This document shows positions 1-10,733 of a stretch of DNA of 64,000 bases, piece by piece. Where the stretch lies: positions 160,001 through 224,000 of the forward strand of contig CP181291.1 in the NCBI GenBank assembly GCA_052279835.1, in the 5' to 3' direction. Each line of letters begins with the position of its first letter. Within the stretch, counting starts at the first letter, position 1. The translations under genes were made by a program, and so were the position numbers. The notes below the pieces were generated by a model. That model searched no databases. It saw nothing but the letters and a program-made list of their open reading frames with translations, and was not told the DNA's origin. Source of the stretch: Microcoleus sp. (GTDB lineage: Bacteria > Cyanobacteriota > Cyanobacteriia > Cyanobacteriales > Microcoleaceae).

Positions 1-711
1 ACCGATCAAATGGATACCATATCGGAAATCATCCCTCGGCAGTTGAGGCTGCAAATGTGCCCTCTCAGCACCGATGCACAATTACATTCAAAAGTCAACT
101 ATTATTGTGACTTTGAAGTTCTCAACTGTTCAGCCAATTCTTGGGGACCGAGGAATCAACTGGCTTACGCCAATCGTTTTGGTCTATTTGGGGCTTTGGT
201 GGTGGTTTTGTTGCTGAATACGGACGATTTGTTTGCATCTGCTCCTTGCTCTGCCGTAGTGGGGCGCGATCCAGCTTACCCCGATCGTAAACCGGTAATG
301 GCGATCGTCCAACTATTAAATCGCTACCTAATCCCAACAGTACCTAGGGACAAATTGGCAACACCTGCGGCACCAAATGAGGACAAAGTTGGCTCCAACT
401 TAGAAGCTATTCGCCAAATCAAAACAGCAGCGAACCTTGCCAACATCCAGTTTGTACTAGCCTTGACACCAAAAAAGCACGAGTTAGGCGAGAGTGGTCC
501 TCACGACTGGGAAGTCAAAGCTCGATCGCGTCTTGCCGAACTCGTCGCCACCGAGAAAATTACTTACATCGATTTTCTGCCCATTTTCAATTCAGCGACG
601 GAACTTACCAGTTTGTATCGAGACAGCATTCACCTAAGTCCTCAAGGAAATCAGCTAGTTAGCCAAACTATCTCTCGTCAAATAGTCGCTTTTTTTGACC
701 ATAAATCCTGA
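1..711 (+). CDS. SGNH/GDSL hydrolase family protein (5' end outside window)
   Basis: Motifs ANSWGPRN, LNTDDL and C-terminal DSIH (DxxH). The frame is open from base 1. Confidence 0.7.
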   Translation, partial: TDQMDTISEIIPRQLRLQMCPLSTDAQLHSKVNYYCDFEVLNCSANSWGPRNQLAYANRFGLFGALVVVLLLNTDDLFASAPCSAVVGRDPAYPDRKPVMAIVQLLNRYLIPTVPRDKLATPAAPNEDKVGSNLEAIRQIKTAANLANIQFVLALTPKKHELGESGPHDWEVKARSRLAELVATEKITYIDFLPIFNSATELTSLYRDSIHLSPQGNQLVSQTISRQIVAFFDHKS

Positions 712-883
712 GCTAATTTTGACTAATAGCTTTAGATTCATCGGGTAAATCTCAAATTGAAAATCTCAAAACTCAAATCGACCGACATCGAATCCGGTTG
801 CAAAAATACAGTTGAAAACCCCATGAACAAACAACAAACCCAAACTGTAGAAGCACCCGGAAACGACTCGATTTGTTTTGGCT

Positions 884-1978
884 CTAACTTATTTGCAAAG
901 TAGACTCTAGCTCTTTCGGATACCAAGCTTGACCATCGAGCGCCATTTGCTCGATCGAACTTGCGAGGCGCAGAGCTTTCAGAGCTTGTTCTCCCCCGAC
1001 GGAAGGCTGATTTCCACCCCGCACGCAATTAATAAAATGCTCCAATTCAGCATGGAGCGGTTCAATATTGCTGGTGTAAACTTTCTCAATCAACCCATCT
1101 TGACGGTAAAGCACCTGACCGTAATCCGTCACATAATTGGCGGTTGTTTGTCGGTGAATCAAGATTTCGTTGTTGAGAAAATCGGCCTCTGTCAGAGAAT
1201 TCTTACAATGAGCCACTATGGAACGGAGTTTGCGGTGCGTCACCTTACTAGCAGTCAGGGTAGCCACAATGCCGTTCGCAAAGTTTAAAGTAGCTGTTAC
1301 ATAGTCTAAATAGCCGGAATTCGATGCCCTACTGCCGCTAGCGGTCAACTTCACCACATGGGAAGATGCCAATTCCAGCAGCAAATCGATGTCGTGGATC
1401 ATCAAATCCAAAACTACCGATACATCGTTAGCCCGATCGGAATAGGGACTCATCCGGTGAGCTTCTAATGCCAGTAGCTCTTCGGTTTTGAGCACTTTGC
1501 CGAGTTCCTGAAAGGCTGGATTGAACCGCTCGATGTGACCCACTTGTAAAATCCGGTGGGATTCAGCAGCCGCGTTGACCAAAGATTCGGCTTCAGCAAT
1601 ACTAGCTGCGATCGGCTTTTCAATTAAAACGTGAACACCCGCTTGGAGACAAGACATCCCCACTGGGTGGTGCAGGCGAGTTGGAACGGCGACGCAAACT
1701 GCATCTACGTGGGCGAGCAAATCTCGGTAGTCTTCAAAGAAGCGAACCCGGTATTTACTGGCTACATCAATTCCCCGCTCTACATTTATATCTGCAATAC
1801 CCACGAGCTCGATATCTTTGAGCAAGCTCAAGACTCGCGTGTGATGTTGGCCCATATTGCCAACCCCAATTACCCCAATGCGAAGGGGTTCAGGTTGACC
1901 TCGGTGCCCGAAAACGTTTGCGTATCCTAATGACATCCTATCTAGCACTCCTGGATTCTCCTCCACCACAGGAATCAA
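884..1978 (-). CDS. Gfo/Idh/MocA family oxidoreductase
   Basis: IGVIGVGNMG Rossmann motif, HVLIEKP, GHIERFNP, DLMIHDID. Confidence 0.92.
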   Translation of the reverse strand: MIPVVEENPGVLDRMSLGYANVFGHRGQPEPLRIGVIGVGNMGQHHTRVLSLLKDIELVGIADINVERGIDVASKYRVRFFEDYRDLLAHVDAVCVAVPTRLHHPVGMSCLQAGVHVLIEKPIAASIAEAESLVNAAAESHRILQVGHIERFNPAFQELGKVLKTEELLALEAHRMSPYSDRANDVSVVLDLMIHDIDLLLELASSHVVKLTASGSRASNSGYLDYVTATLNFANGIVATLTASKVTHRKLRSIVAHCKNSLTEADFLNNEILIHRQTTANYVTDYGQVLYRQDGLIEKVYTSNIEPLHAELEHFINCVRGGNQPSVGGEQALKALRLASSIEQMALDGQAWYPKELESTLQIS

Positions 1979-2139
1979 GCCTTTTGGCTTCCCTCAGTTA
2001 CTCACAGCCATCCAGATAGTACCACAGCAGATCTATTTGTGAAGAAATTCTAAGAGAAGCAAGAAGCAAAAGGGAAGAAGACTCAACAACTGCGTCGATC
2101 GGACTAGGGCGTGTTTTCTTGCCTGATCCATCAGATCCT

Positions 2140-2219
2140 GATCCCCCTCGCATCCCCCTTAAGAAGGGGGACTTTGAGCTTCTTTCTCCCCCCTTTTTAA
2201 GGGGGGTTGGGGGGGATCT
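2140..2219. repeat. REP-like palindromic dispersed repeat (CCCCCTT...AAGGGGG family)
   Basis: Two hairpins, TCCCCCTTAAGAAGGGGGA and CCCCCCTTTTTAAGGGGGG. A related unit lies in-frame at 42817-42940. Confidence 0.75.
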
Positions 2220-2290
2220 CCGGGGAGAGAAAACACGCCCTAGCCGTGCCCAAGGGGAGGAACCGTCCTTGGGCTACGTGGCCTGTCTCT

Positions 2291-3616
2291 TCATTTTTGA
2301 GAAAATATGCGAGTAGCAAAATTTTGCGATCGATTCGGAGACAAAACCCTAGCCTTCAAAATCGCCGCCACCAAAAACGCATAGGACAAAACGCCCACCA
2401 CTGCCAGCAAGAGTACGCTGGCGCTTCCCGACGCATTCCACAAAGCGTGAAGTGCCGCAGCGTTGAGATAGCCTACGCCCAAAATTTGCCAGCGCTTTTT
2501 AGGTTTAAGGGCACTCAAACCGATAAAATATCCCAAATAGCCACTGTAAGCCATGTGTCCGGCGACGGAACCCAAAATTCGGGGAATTAGCAACTGCAAT
2601 CCTACTAATTCTCCGGCATCTGTCCCTGCTTGTAGAGTGACATTGTGAATAATATTCGGAACGTATTGTCCTAGAGTTTCTAATAGTGTAAATCCGACTG
2701 CGGAGGCACTTCCTAATAGAATGCCATCTAAAGGTTCCCAAACACCGACGCGATCCCGCCAGGGATTTCGCAACAAATTACCCAGCATCATTGCTGCCAA
2801 AACTGGTAAAGCTTTGAGCAATTCTTCCATCAGACCTGCACCGAAAAACATTCGGAGCAAGAAAGGAAAAAAACTGATTTGTTCGCTTTCGGTTGGCAGT
2901 CTTCCGGGCAAAATTTCTCGAAATACTACTATAAATCCAATCAATAAAGGGCTGAGTAAAATTAAGATAGTACCTAGGGCAGAACAAAATAATATCCACC
3001 AAGGCTTGTGTTTGCCACACAGTTGATATATGAAATAGTAAGCTGCGCCAGCAAGATAAGCAGCCAGCAGAAAATTGAAAGCTGCTGAATTTCCCACTGC
3101 TACAAACATCGAAACTACAAAAATAACTGTAGCAATGCCGGGATATAAGTAAGCTTTTTGACTTAGTTGTTTTCCGGTGGAGGCGATGGGAAATAATTGA
3201 GTGAAAGTGAGAGTTTCCTTTTCGCCAGCGTTAGAAAAGGTGGGATTTATTGTCGGGAATCGTGGCGAATTGTGGCTGTTTTGTAGGGTAGTTTCAAATA
3301 TAAATTGAGGGCCGTCAATACCGAGACTGATGCGATCGCCTGTTTCTAAAGTTTGGCAGGCTTGCAGCCTTTGACCGTTGACATAAGTACCGTTAGCGCT
3401 GTTGAGGTCGCAGATTTCCCAGGTCAGAATATTGCCTTTAGTGAGGGGACGGACTGTGGCGTGGCGGCGGGAAACCATGCCATAGGCCATCGATTCCAAG
3501 GCTATTTGACAACTGCGATCGCGTCCGATCGCCACTTCCATAATTTCAGAAAGTTGGTACTTGGATGCTGTCGCAGCCACAGCACCTTGAGCTGGCACTT
3601 GTCGCAGAAATCCCAT
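2291..3616 (-). CDS. FHA domain + PrsW-family intramembrane glutamic protease
   Basis: FHA motifs IGR, VSRRHA, DLNSANGTYVNG. PrsW motifs EELLK, GFTLLET, AGHMAYS, LHALWN within TM helices. Confidence 0.88.
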   Translation of the reverse strand: MGFLRQVPAQGAVAATASKYQLSEIMEVAIGRDRSCQIALESMAYGMVSRRHATVRPLTKGNILTWEICDLNSANGTYVNGQRLQACQTLETGDRISLGIDGPQFIFETTLQNSHNSPRFPTINPTFSNAGEKETLTFTQLFPIASTGKQLSQKAYLYPGIATVIFVVSMFVAVGNSAAFNFLLAAYLAGAAYYFIYQLCGKHKPWWILFCSALGTILILLSPLLIGFIVVFREILPGRLPTESEQISFFPFLLRMFFGAGLMEELLKALPVLAAMMLGNLLRNPWRDRVGVWEPLDGILLGSASAVGFTLLETLGQYVPNIIHNVTLQAGTDAGELVGLQLLIPRILGSVAGHMAYSGYLGYFIGLSALKPKKRWQILGVGYLNAAALHALWNASGSASVLLLAVVGVLSYAFLVAAILKARVLSPNRSQNFATRIFSQK

Positions 3617-3619
3617 CTT

Positions 3620-3850
3620 ATTAGTTATTGGTTATTGGTTATTGGTTATTTGTTGTTGGTTATTTGTTATTTGTTACTTGTTATTGGTTATTGGTTATTT
3701 GTTACTTGTTATTGGTAGTTGGTGATAATAACCACCCACCAACAACCACTAACCAATAGCTAATAACCCTTCGACCCTCCGACGCTACGCTGAGTGGCAC
3801 CGCAAATCACCAATAACTAATAACAAATAACTAATAACTAATAACTAATT
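3620..3850. repeat. Short tandem heptamer repeats (STRR-like) in two opposed blocks
   Basis: (TTATTGG/TTATTTG)n at 3620-3717 and the complementary (CTAATAA)n at about 3810-3850. Confidence 0.85.
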
Positions 3851-4052
3851 ATAGATTTGCCCTAGCATCCCTAACTGCTGCATAAAAGAATAGTCCAGTG
3901 AGGGGTATGCTGAGGGCGAGAATGATTCCTGTGACTAAAGTGCCTAGTTGAGCTTCTCCCGAAGATAGCTCAAAGACTGACCCGACTGCGGCGATCGCGG
4001 CAATGCACGAAAGAGCTAAAAATAAACCACTTTTGGGAGTTCCTGCCATCAT
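3849..4052 (-). CDS. Small two-TM membrane protein
   Basis: 67 aa with two hydrophobic helices. Overlaps the def stop (ATGA coupling). Confidence 0.7.
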   Translation of the reverse strand: MMAGTPKSGLFLALSCIAAIAAVGSVFELSSGEAQLGTLVTGIILALSIPLTGLFFYAAVRDARANL

Positions 4053-4609
4053 ACCGATTTTACCGCCTTTGGTGAAAATTTATTTTTGACTAATTCTTCA
4101 TTTAGTGCCAGTTTGTTTTCTACTCTGTCTACAAACAGCACTCCATTGAGATGATCCATTTCGTGCTGAATAGCCCTGGATAGCAACTCTGTCGCTTTCA
4201 GGGTTTGCGGGCGGCCGTATTCATCGCGATAGGAGACTTCAATCATTTCTGGGCGCTTGACTTCTAAATAAACTCCCGGAATGCTTAAACAGCCTTCTTG
4301 GAAAGGGGAGACTTCGCCACTGGTATTTTTGATGGTGGGGTTGATCAAAACCAGTGGCGGTTTAGCTGGGTTATCCGGTTCGCAGTCGAGCACGATGACT
4401 TGTTTGTTGACTCCGACTTGAGGGGCTGCTAAACCGATGCCCTCAGCACTGTACATGGTTTGGAGCATTTCTCGGACTAGCTGCCGAATTTCTGCGTCAA
4501 CGCTGTTGACTCGCTTGGCTGGCTGGCGCAGCACGCGATCGCCCAATGTGTGTATGGTTAGGGGCGGTTTTTCTAACTTTTTCTTTTCAACCAAAACCTG
4601 AGCTGTCAT
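4049..4609 (-). CDS. def: Peptide deformylase
   Basis: GIGLAAPQVG, EGCLS and QHEMDHLNG motifs. Confidence 0.97.
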   Translation of the reverse strand: MTAQVLVEKKKLEKPPLTIHTLGDRVLRQPAKRVNSVDAEIRQLVREMLQTMYSAEGIGLAAPQVGVNKQVIVLDCEPDNPAKPPLVLINPTIKNTSGEVSPFQEGCLSIPGVYLEVKRPEMIEVSYRDEYGRPQTLKATELLSRAIQHEMDHLNGVLFVDRVENKLALNEELVKNKFSPKAVKSV

Positions 4610-4685
4610 GGCATTCTTACTTAATATCTGGGCTAAATTGGAACCAATACTATGATATTTAATCTTAATCTAAATTAACGTACCT

Positions 4686-5198
4686 ATGAGTGGAAATAAG
4701 CCAAACCTACGACCTGTGATTTCTCTGGGGCGATCGCCACTGTTGATAGCCGGAGAGTTCGCTGCTGCGATCGCGATTTTACTGGCTATTTTGATCATTC
4801 TACAGTTTTGGGCTGTTCTGCCCTCGCGCATTCCGATTCATTTCGGTTTTTATGGCCAGCCTGATGCTTGGGGCGACAAGGCGATGATTTGGTTACTACC
4901 GGCTGTGGCTGCGATGATATTTATCGTTTTGGCTGCGGTGTCTCCCTATCCCCATACTTTTAATTATCCTGTACGGATTACTCAACAGAACGCACGCCAC
5001 CAATATCTGCTGGCGCGATCGCTTTTGGTTTGGCTGAAAGTGGAGGTTTGTTGGTTATTCGCGTTGATAGTGCGACAGCAAATTATTGTGGCTTTAGGTA
5101 GCGATCAAAGGTTGAGTATGGAGCTAGTGTTGGGGATGATGGTTTTGATATTTGGGACGGTTGGTGTTTATTTCCTAAAGGCTTATTTGGCTCGTTAG
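4686..5198 (+). CDS. DUF1648-like membrane protein
   Basis: LPSRIPIHFGFYGQPDAWG motif plus TM helices. Confidence 0.75.
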   Translation: MSGNKPNLRPVISLGRSPLLIAGEFAAAIAILLAILIILQFWAVLPSRIPIHFGFYGQPDAWGDKAMIWLLPAVAAMIFIVLAAVSPYPHTFNYPVRITQQNARHQYLLARSLLVWLKVEVCWLFALIVRQQIIVALGSDQRLSMELVLGMMVLIFGTVGVYFLKAYLAR

Positions 5199-5265
5199 AC
5201 ATCTCCCATAATTATTGTGGAACAGGCATCCTGCCTGTTTTTGACAAGCTTTTTAGGAGATGTCT
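5197..5265. mobile_element. 69-bp MITE-like element
   Basis: TIRs AGACATCTCC...GGAGATGTCT, a GTT direct repeat on both flanks, and an internal hairpin AACAGGCATCCTGCCTGTT. Confidence 0.6.
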
Positions 5266-5562
5266 GTTAGGTGGGTGGTTTTTATAAATAATTTTTGGAA
5301 AAATCCAGCACTTAGATATTTTCCCAAAAACTCTGTTAATTAACAGCTAGGATGCCTATCTCAAAATATAGCCTTTCTCAATTAGGTGAGGTGAGCGTGT
5401 AATGGGTAACTTGTACGCTCGCGTAGTCGAAAATATGCTCAAACCGGATTGGTCAATGGTTCACTTCGCTCAATCTCAAAACTAAAATCGATATGCTATC
5501 TAGAATTGTCGGGCTTCGGTAAAATCAAGGTGAGCAGCCACAGTTAGAAGTTATCTCAACGC

Positions 5563-6855
5563 ATGACACCAGAACCCAATCCTTCTCCATCCAACTCCCC
5601 TGAGTCGATCGCGACTTTAGAAAATCTTAATGGTGCTACACCCTCAGTACCTGCTGGGGAAACCACTATCGTCCCTACTGCTGAACCGGAAAAACCATTA
5701 CCGCCACCTCCAACCCGTAAAATTATCTTGCCAGAGTATCCCAAACAAACGACTGGGGAAATGTCGGGTTCGGTGCTGATTTTGGGGTCGATCGCTGGGA
5801 TGATTATCGGACTGGCGATCGACAATGTGTGGATTGGCTTGTTGGGTGCGATCGGAGCGATCGGGATTGCTCTGCGGCTGATGTGGCCCAACTGGGGCAA
5901 AATCTGGCTGCAAGTCATCCCCCCCACTTGGCGCACCCTGATCGTGGCTAGCTTTGGACTTTTGGCGGGCATCGCTGGCTTGCTGATGCTAAGCGGCTCT
6001 AACACTGAACCGGGAACTCGCAATATTCAAATTAACTGGGATGCTGTCGGAGCTCTGGGTGAGTTAATTGGCGCTTTGGGTCAAATTTTGATCGCAATTT
6101 TGGGTGTTTACGTGGCTTGGCGACAGTACGTGATTTCAAAAGATTTGACTATTCAGCAAAATCGAATTACTCAGCAGCAAACCATCGATGCTTATTTTCA
6201 AGGGGTTTCGGATTTGGCCCTGGATGAACAAGGATTTTTGGAAGATTGGCCGCAGGAAAGGGCGATCGCCGAAGGTCGCACTGCTGCGATTATGAGCAGT
6301 GTGGATGCTGAAGGTAAAGCTAAAATTCTCAGGTTTTTATCCCAGTCGAGGTTGGTTACTCCTCTGAAGCGCGATCGACTCTTAGGCCGCCCCATTCTCG
6401 ACGGCGATGGTGGCTACGCCGAAGATAGAGACCACGGTATCCGCGTCATCGATCTCAATGTGATGTTAGCCGGTGCCGACCTCGCCAGCACTGACTTGCG
6501 GTGGACAGATTTAAGCGAAGCCAATCTCGTCCGGGCCAATCTCAGCAAGTGCGATTTAGTGAAAGCAAACCTCTCCCGCGCTGTGTTGTATGATGCCAAT
6601 CTCACCCGCGCTGATATCAGGGGTGCCACATTATTTTATGGTTCGGCCGAAACCGCTTCCCCTCGCAGTCGGACTGAATTTCCTAACTACACCACGGGGG
6701 AATATACCGGGGCTGTGCTGGAACGCGCTGATTTCACTGGTGTCAAGCGAATGTCGGAGGAGCAACGTCAATACTGCTGCGCTTGGTGTGGCTCGAAATC
6801 GAGAGAGACTATTCCCGGTGGCTGCGAAGGTATTCCTAATAAACTAGGGCGTTGA
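5563..6855 (+). CDS. Membrane-anchored pentapeptide repeat protein
   Basis: N-terminal TM helices followed by ADLAS/TDLRW/ANLVR/ANLSK pentapeptide repeats. Confidence 0.88.
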   Translation: MTPEPNPSPSNSPESIATLENLNGATPSVPAGETTIVPTAEPEKPLPPPPTRKIILPEYPKQTTGEMSGSVLILGSIAGMIIGLAIDNVWIGLLGAIGAIGIALRLMWPNWGKIWLQVIPPTWRTLIVASFGLLAGIAGLLMLSGSNTEPGTRNIQINWDAVGALGELIGALGQILIAILGVYVAWRQYVISKDLTIQQNRITQQQTIDAYFQGVSDLALDEQGFLEDWPQERAIAEGRTAAIMSSVDAEGKAKILRFLSQSRLVTPLKRDRLLGRPILDGDGGYAEDRDHGIRVIDLNVMLAGADLASTDLRWTDLSEANLVRANLSKCDLVKANLSRAVLYDANLTRADIRGATLFYGSAETASPRSRTEFPNYTTGEYTGAVLERADFTGVKRMSEEQRQYCCAWCGSKSRETIPGGCEGIPNKLGR

Positions 6856-6868
6856 CTGCTCCTGTCAA

Positions 6869-6957
6869 ATCCGGTAGCAGCGTCCTGTATTCATCTCTCT
6901 TCTTCTCCTCTGTGCCCTCTGCGCTCTCTGCGGTTAAATCATTCCGATGCAACCGTA
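6869..6957. repeat. Dispersed repeat (TCCGGTAGCA...CTCTGCG...GGTTAAATCATTCCGATGCAACC)
   Basis: A similar copy lies at about 27792-27880 and a partial copy at about 44140-44170. Confidence 0.6.
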
Positions 6958-7052
6958 GAAAATATCACCGCTAACCTGGCGTACCAGGTATAGCGGGTGC
7001 ACAAAAAAAACACGTAAAAATTCCGATAATTTGACAGATGTGGATGGAAAGT

Positions 7053-7835
7053 TTAAATTTTTGACACAGGATTGAGCCACAGCAAAACTGTCTTTTTTAA
7101 TTGATTTAATTCCCGATACACTTCTTGTTTCACCCACTGTCCGATCGCATCAAAGGGTGTAAAAATTTGACCCATCGGCCAGCTAACATCTTGACCCAAG
7201 GGTGTTTGATGGTTGCCTGCCAGGATCTGAACAGTAATCATGTCCGAATATTTCACTTTTAGCAAGTCTGTTAACAGCAAAGTTTGGTCGATGTTGTCAT
7301 CCTTAAATTTAATTAACAGATTGCGCCGAATTTGATAGCTATCTTTCACCAAGCGATTGGTATCCTGGGGAGAAGGAGTAAATTCGACGTTAAAGACAGG
7401 GGAAATTTGCTCGACGATCGGGATTGCTTCAGAAGCTGCATAATTGTTGAAAGAGATCAGAATATTGCCGGCTCTTTCTACGTCAAAGACAGCACCAATC
7501 AGCAGATGGAGTTTGCACCCCATGCTGTGTCCCATCCCGTAGATGGGGAGATATCGCGATCGCAGTAACTTCAGCGCCTGCAATCGTCCCAGAGCATTTT
7601 CAAATTTATTGAGAACATCACGGGCGATCGCAAGATGATCCAAAGTATTGACAAAAGGTGTCGCTACTACAACATATCCTTGATTTCCCAAGGCCTCCAA
7701 TAGCCAGCGATAGGTCAAGTGTGGTGCTGTCGCCACAAAGGCACCACCGAGAAAATGTACGATCGCGATCGGTCTAGTTGAAGGAATCAATACCCAATTC
7801 CCAGAAATTTCCTGCCAGTCCATAAATTCAATCAA
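7053..7835 (-). CDS. DUF1350 family alpha/beta-fold protein
   Basis: HFLGGAFVATAP and GHSMGCKLHLL motifs. Confidence 0.85.
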   Translation of the reverse strand: MIEFMDWQEISGNWVLIPSTRPIAIVHFLGGAFVATAPHLTYRWLLEALGNQGYVVVATPFVNTLDHLAIARDVLNKFENALGRLQALKLLRSRYLPIYGMGHSMGCKLHLLIGAVFDVERAGNILISFNNYAASEAIPIVEQISPVFNVEFTPSPQDTNRLVKDSYQIRRNLLIKFKDDNIDQTLLLTDLLKVKYSDMITVQILAGNHQTPLGQDVSWPMGQIFTPFDAIGQWVKQEVYRELNQLKKTVLLWLNPVSKI

Positions 7836-8801
7836 CTAGGGAGTGTCAAGCCTTTCTTCATGATACTTCATCCATTTCAACTTATTTAAACTAGCTTGAG
7901 GATTGAGAACTGTAGTAGCAATCCCGTAAACAAGAGTCTGCAAAAACTCCCGGTTCAACCAACTTTGTCCTAGTTTTCTCATGTAGTGCAATGCCAAAAA
8001 TTGTCTAAATTTGTTGAGCTTTTGCCAAAGGGGCAAATTCTGAAAACATAATTGTTCGTAATGACTTAAAGATAACTCCGGCTCTCCCCGCAGACGCCGC
8101 CGTTGATTTTCCTTGATACAATCAGAAGCTATGCGTTTTTTCAACCAGTGCTTATCTGTCAGAGAATTCCCTCTAATCCGGTAATTGCCCAAAGGCTGTT
8201 TCGTCGCCAACAAGCCGTACTTGTGAGCAATTCTGGTAAATAACTCTGTATCTTCCCCTACCAACCAATCTTCAGCGAAGCCACCTTCAGAGAGGAGAAT
8301 TGCTCGCTCGATTACCACAGAAGACGGAAAAACCCAAGGACTATCGCCTGTCAACTTCATCCCCTGCATTTCGGCTGTAGTTGTAGGATAGGTAGGAATA
8401 TAACTCAACTTGTTACCACTTTTATCTAAGTACCGCAAAGCGTGAGCAACAGCTTTAACTTCTGGATGTTCTGCCAGCATTTGCAAACAAAATTCCAGCT
8501 TGTTTGGTTCCCAAGTATCGTCGCTGTCTAGAAACGCTACATACTCACCTGTGGCGCGCTCGATCATTAAATTTCTGGACTTAGAAACCCCATAATTTTC
8601 GGGATTTACAAATAACTGAATTCGCGGTTCTGACTCTGCAAGTTGGGCTGCTATTTTCCTAGTATCATCAGTAGAACAGTCATCAACAATTAAGATTTCT
8701 AGATCCTGGTGGCTGCCATTGAGTGCGGAAAAAACTGCGGCCACCAGGGTTTCTGCTGCATTGAATGCAGGAATGATGACACTGACTTTTTTGCTGTTCA
8801 T
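7836..8801 (-). CDS. Glycosyltransferase family 2
   Basis: VSVIIPAFN, VDDCSTD, AFLDSDD. Confidence 0.93.
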   Translation of the reverse strand: MNSKKVSVIIPAFNAAETLVAAVFSALNGSHQDLEILIVDDCSTDDTRKIAAQLAESEPRIQLFVNPENYGVSKSRNLMIERATGEYVAFLDSDDTWEPNKLEFCLQMLAEHPEVKAVAHALRYLDKSGNKLSYIPTYPTTTAEMQGMKLTGDSPWVFPSSVVIERAILLSEGGFAEDWLVGEDTELFTRIAHKYGLLATKQPLGNYRIRGNSLTDKHWLKKRIASDCIKENQRRRLRGEPELSLSHYEQLCFQNLPLWQKLNKFRQFLALHYMRKLGQSWLNREFLQTLVYGIATTVLNPQASLNKLKWMKYHEERLDTP

Positions 8802-8960
8802 AAATTGACTATTACAGTAGCTCAGGTCTGATGGAGATTTGTTGGGAAATAAGCAGGAGTTTAGATCGATAAGCTGTTGCTATTTTAAGTCATCTACATG
8901 AGGTATATGGTGGGCAGTGATATTTTTGATAATCAACATTAGATTTATGTCTTAAGGAGG

Positions 8961-10733
8961 ATGTCATGTAATTTAGAATTAAACAAGTTTAGTCTTCTGT
9001 TAACCATGTTTTTAAGTTTATCTAAAAAAGTACCAATTTATACTTTATTTCTAACAGTTATGGTATGTGGTTGCCAGCAGCAGCTACAGCAACCACCCAA
9101 GTTTCAGCAACAGCATAGCAAACAAGGCATAGCAGTGTCTGCTCACCCCCTGGCGAGCGATGCGGGACTGTTGGTGCTGCAACAGGGAGGGAATGCAGTG
9201 GATGCAGCCGTGGCTACGGCTTTGGCAATTTCGGTGGTGGAGCCTTTTTCGGCGGGTATCGGCGGTGGGGGTTTTTTGCTACTGCGACGGGCCCAAGCAG
9301 GGACTGTGCAAGCGTTGGATTTTCGGGAACGGGCTCCCAAACGGGCGACGCGGGATATGTATTTGGACAAGCAAGGAAAAGTGCGTCCCAGAGCAAGTCT
9401 AGATGGGCATTTGGCCGCGGGGATTCCTGGTACTGTGGGGGGACTTTATACGGTGCATCGCGAGTACGGGAAGTTGCCTTGGGCGAATTTGGTGGCACCG
9501 GCGATCGCCTTGGCAGAAAATGGTTTTCCGGTGAGTTCGCGGTTTACCAAGGCTGTGAAGTTGCGACAGAATGCGATTGACAACAACCAGGCGGCACGGG
9601 AAGTTTTTACCCGCAGTGGTGTTTTGTACAAACCAGGGGAACTGCTGGTGCAGCGGGATTTAGCGCGGACTTTACGCCAGATTGCGACAGAACCCCAAAG
9701 TTTTTATCGAGGGAAAATTGCTAGGGCGATCGCCTCTGACATGGCGAAAAACGGCGGGTTGATTACTCTCGAAGACCTGAAAAACTATACACCGATTTGG
9801 CGCAATCCCGTTTGTGGCAATTTTCGGACTTACCAAATTTGCGCGATGTCGCCTCCTGCTTCCGGTGGCGTTCATTTGCTGCAAATTTTGAATATGATTG
9901 GCGATACAGATTTAAAGACTATGGGAAGGAAAAATCCAGATACTTTGCACTTGTTGGCGGAATCGATGAAGATTGCTTATGCCGATCGGGCTGAGTATTT
10001 GGGCGATCCAGATTTTGTGAGTGTCCCCGTCAAAGCTCTCACTAGCAAAAATTATGGCCGATGGAGGCGATCGCAAATCCAGAGTCAAGCCAAACCTGCT
10101 AGGGAAGTAAAAGCTGTGGATGCTCAAACTTTGAGTCGCTTGGTGTCGGAGTCGCCGGAGACTACGCACCTGACGGTAGTTGACACTGAGCGCAATGTGG
10201 TCAGTTTGACGTTTACGGTGAATGGTGGTTTTGGGGCTGGGGCGGTGGCTGCGGGTACAGGAATTTTGCTCAACAACGAGATGGATGATTTTGCTGCGGC
10301 ACCGGGAGTGCCCAATTTGTTTGGTTTGGTGGGTGGGGATGCAAATGCGATCGCCAGCGGCAAAACTCCTTTATCCAGCATGACGCCGGTGATTGTGACA
10401 GAAAATGGCAAATTTCGCCTCGCGGTGGGGTCTCCCGGAGGTAGTACGATTATTACCACTGTGCTGCAAATTTTACTTAATGTGTTGGTTTACGACATGA
10501 ATGTCGGTGAGGCTGTATCCGCACCGAGGATTCACCATCAGTGGCTGCCCGATCGCCTAATGCTGGAACGGGGAGGTTTTGATGGTGCGACGCTGGATCA
10601 GTTGCGACGGCGGGGACACCAGATTCAGCAACGGGAAAGTTGGGGAAATGCTAATGCGATCGTTGTAACACCCGATGATTCGTTGGAGGGGGCTGCCGAT
10701 CCACGCTCTGAGGGAGTAGCAAGGGGTTTTTGA
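8961..10733 (+). CDS. ggt: Gamma-glutamyltransferase
   Basis: GGNAVDAA, autocleavage site ETTH, LNNEMDDF, PLSSMTP, GSPGG. The start may be the ATG at 9007. Confidence 0.96.
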   Translation: MSCNLELNKFSLLLTMFLSLSKKVPIYTLFLTVMVCGCQQQLQQPPKFQQQHSKQGIAVSAHPLASDAGLLVLQQGGNAVDAAVATALAISVVEPFSAGIGGGGFLLLRRAQAGTVQALDFRERAPKRATRDMYLDKQGKVRPRASLDGHLAAGIPGTVGGLYTVHREYGKLPWANLVAPAIALAENGFPVSSRFTKAVKLRQNAIDNNQAAREVFTRSGVLYKPGELLVQRDLARTLRQIATEPQSFYRGKIARAIASDMAKNGGLITLEDLKNYTPIWRNPVCGNFRTYQICAMSPPASGGVHLLQILNMIGDTDLKTMGRKNPDTLHLLAESMKIAYADRAEYLGDPDFVSVPVKALTSKNYGRWRRSQIQSQAKPAREVKAVDAQTLSRLVSESPETTHLTVVDTERNVVSLTFTVNGGFGAGAVAAGTGILLNNEMDDFAAAPGVPNLFGLVGGDANAIASGKTPLSSMTPVIVTENGKFRLAVGSPGGSTIITTVLQILLNVLVYDMNVGEAVSAPRIHHQWLPDRLMLERGGFDGATLDQLRRRGHQIQQRESWGNANAIVVTPDDSLEGAADPRSEGVARGF

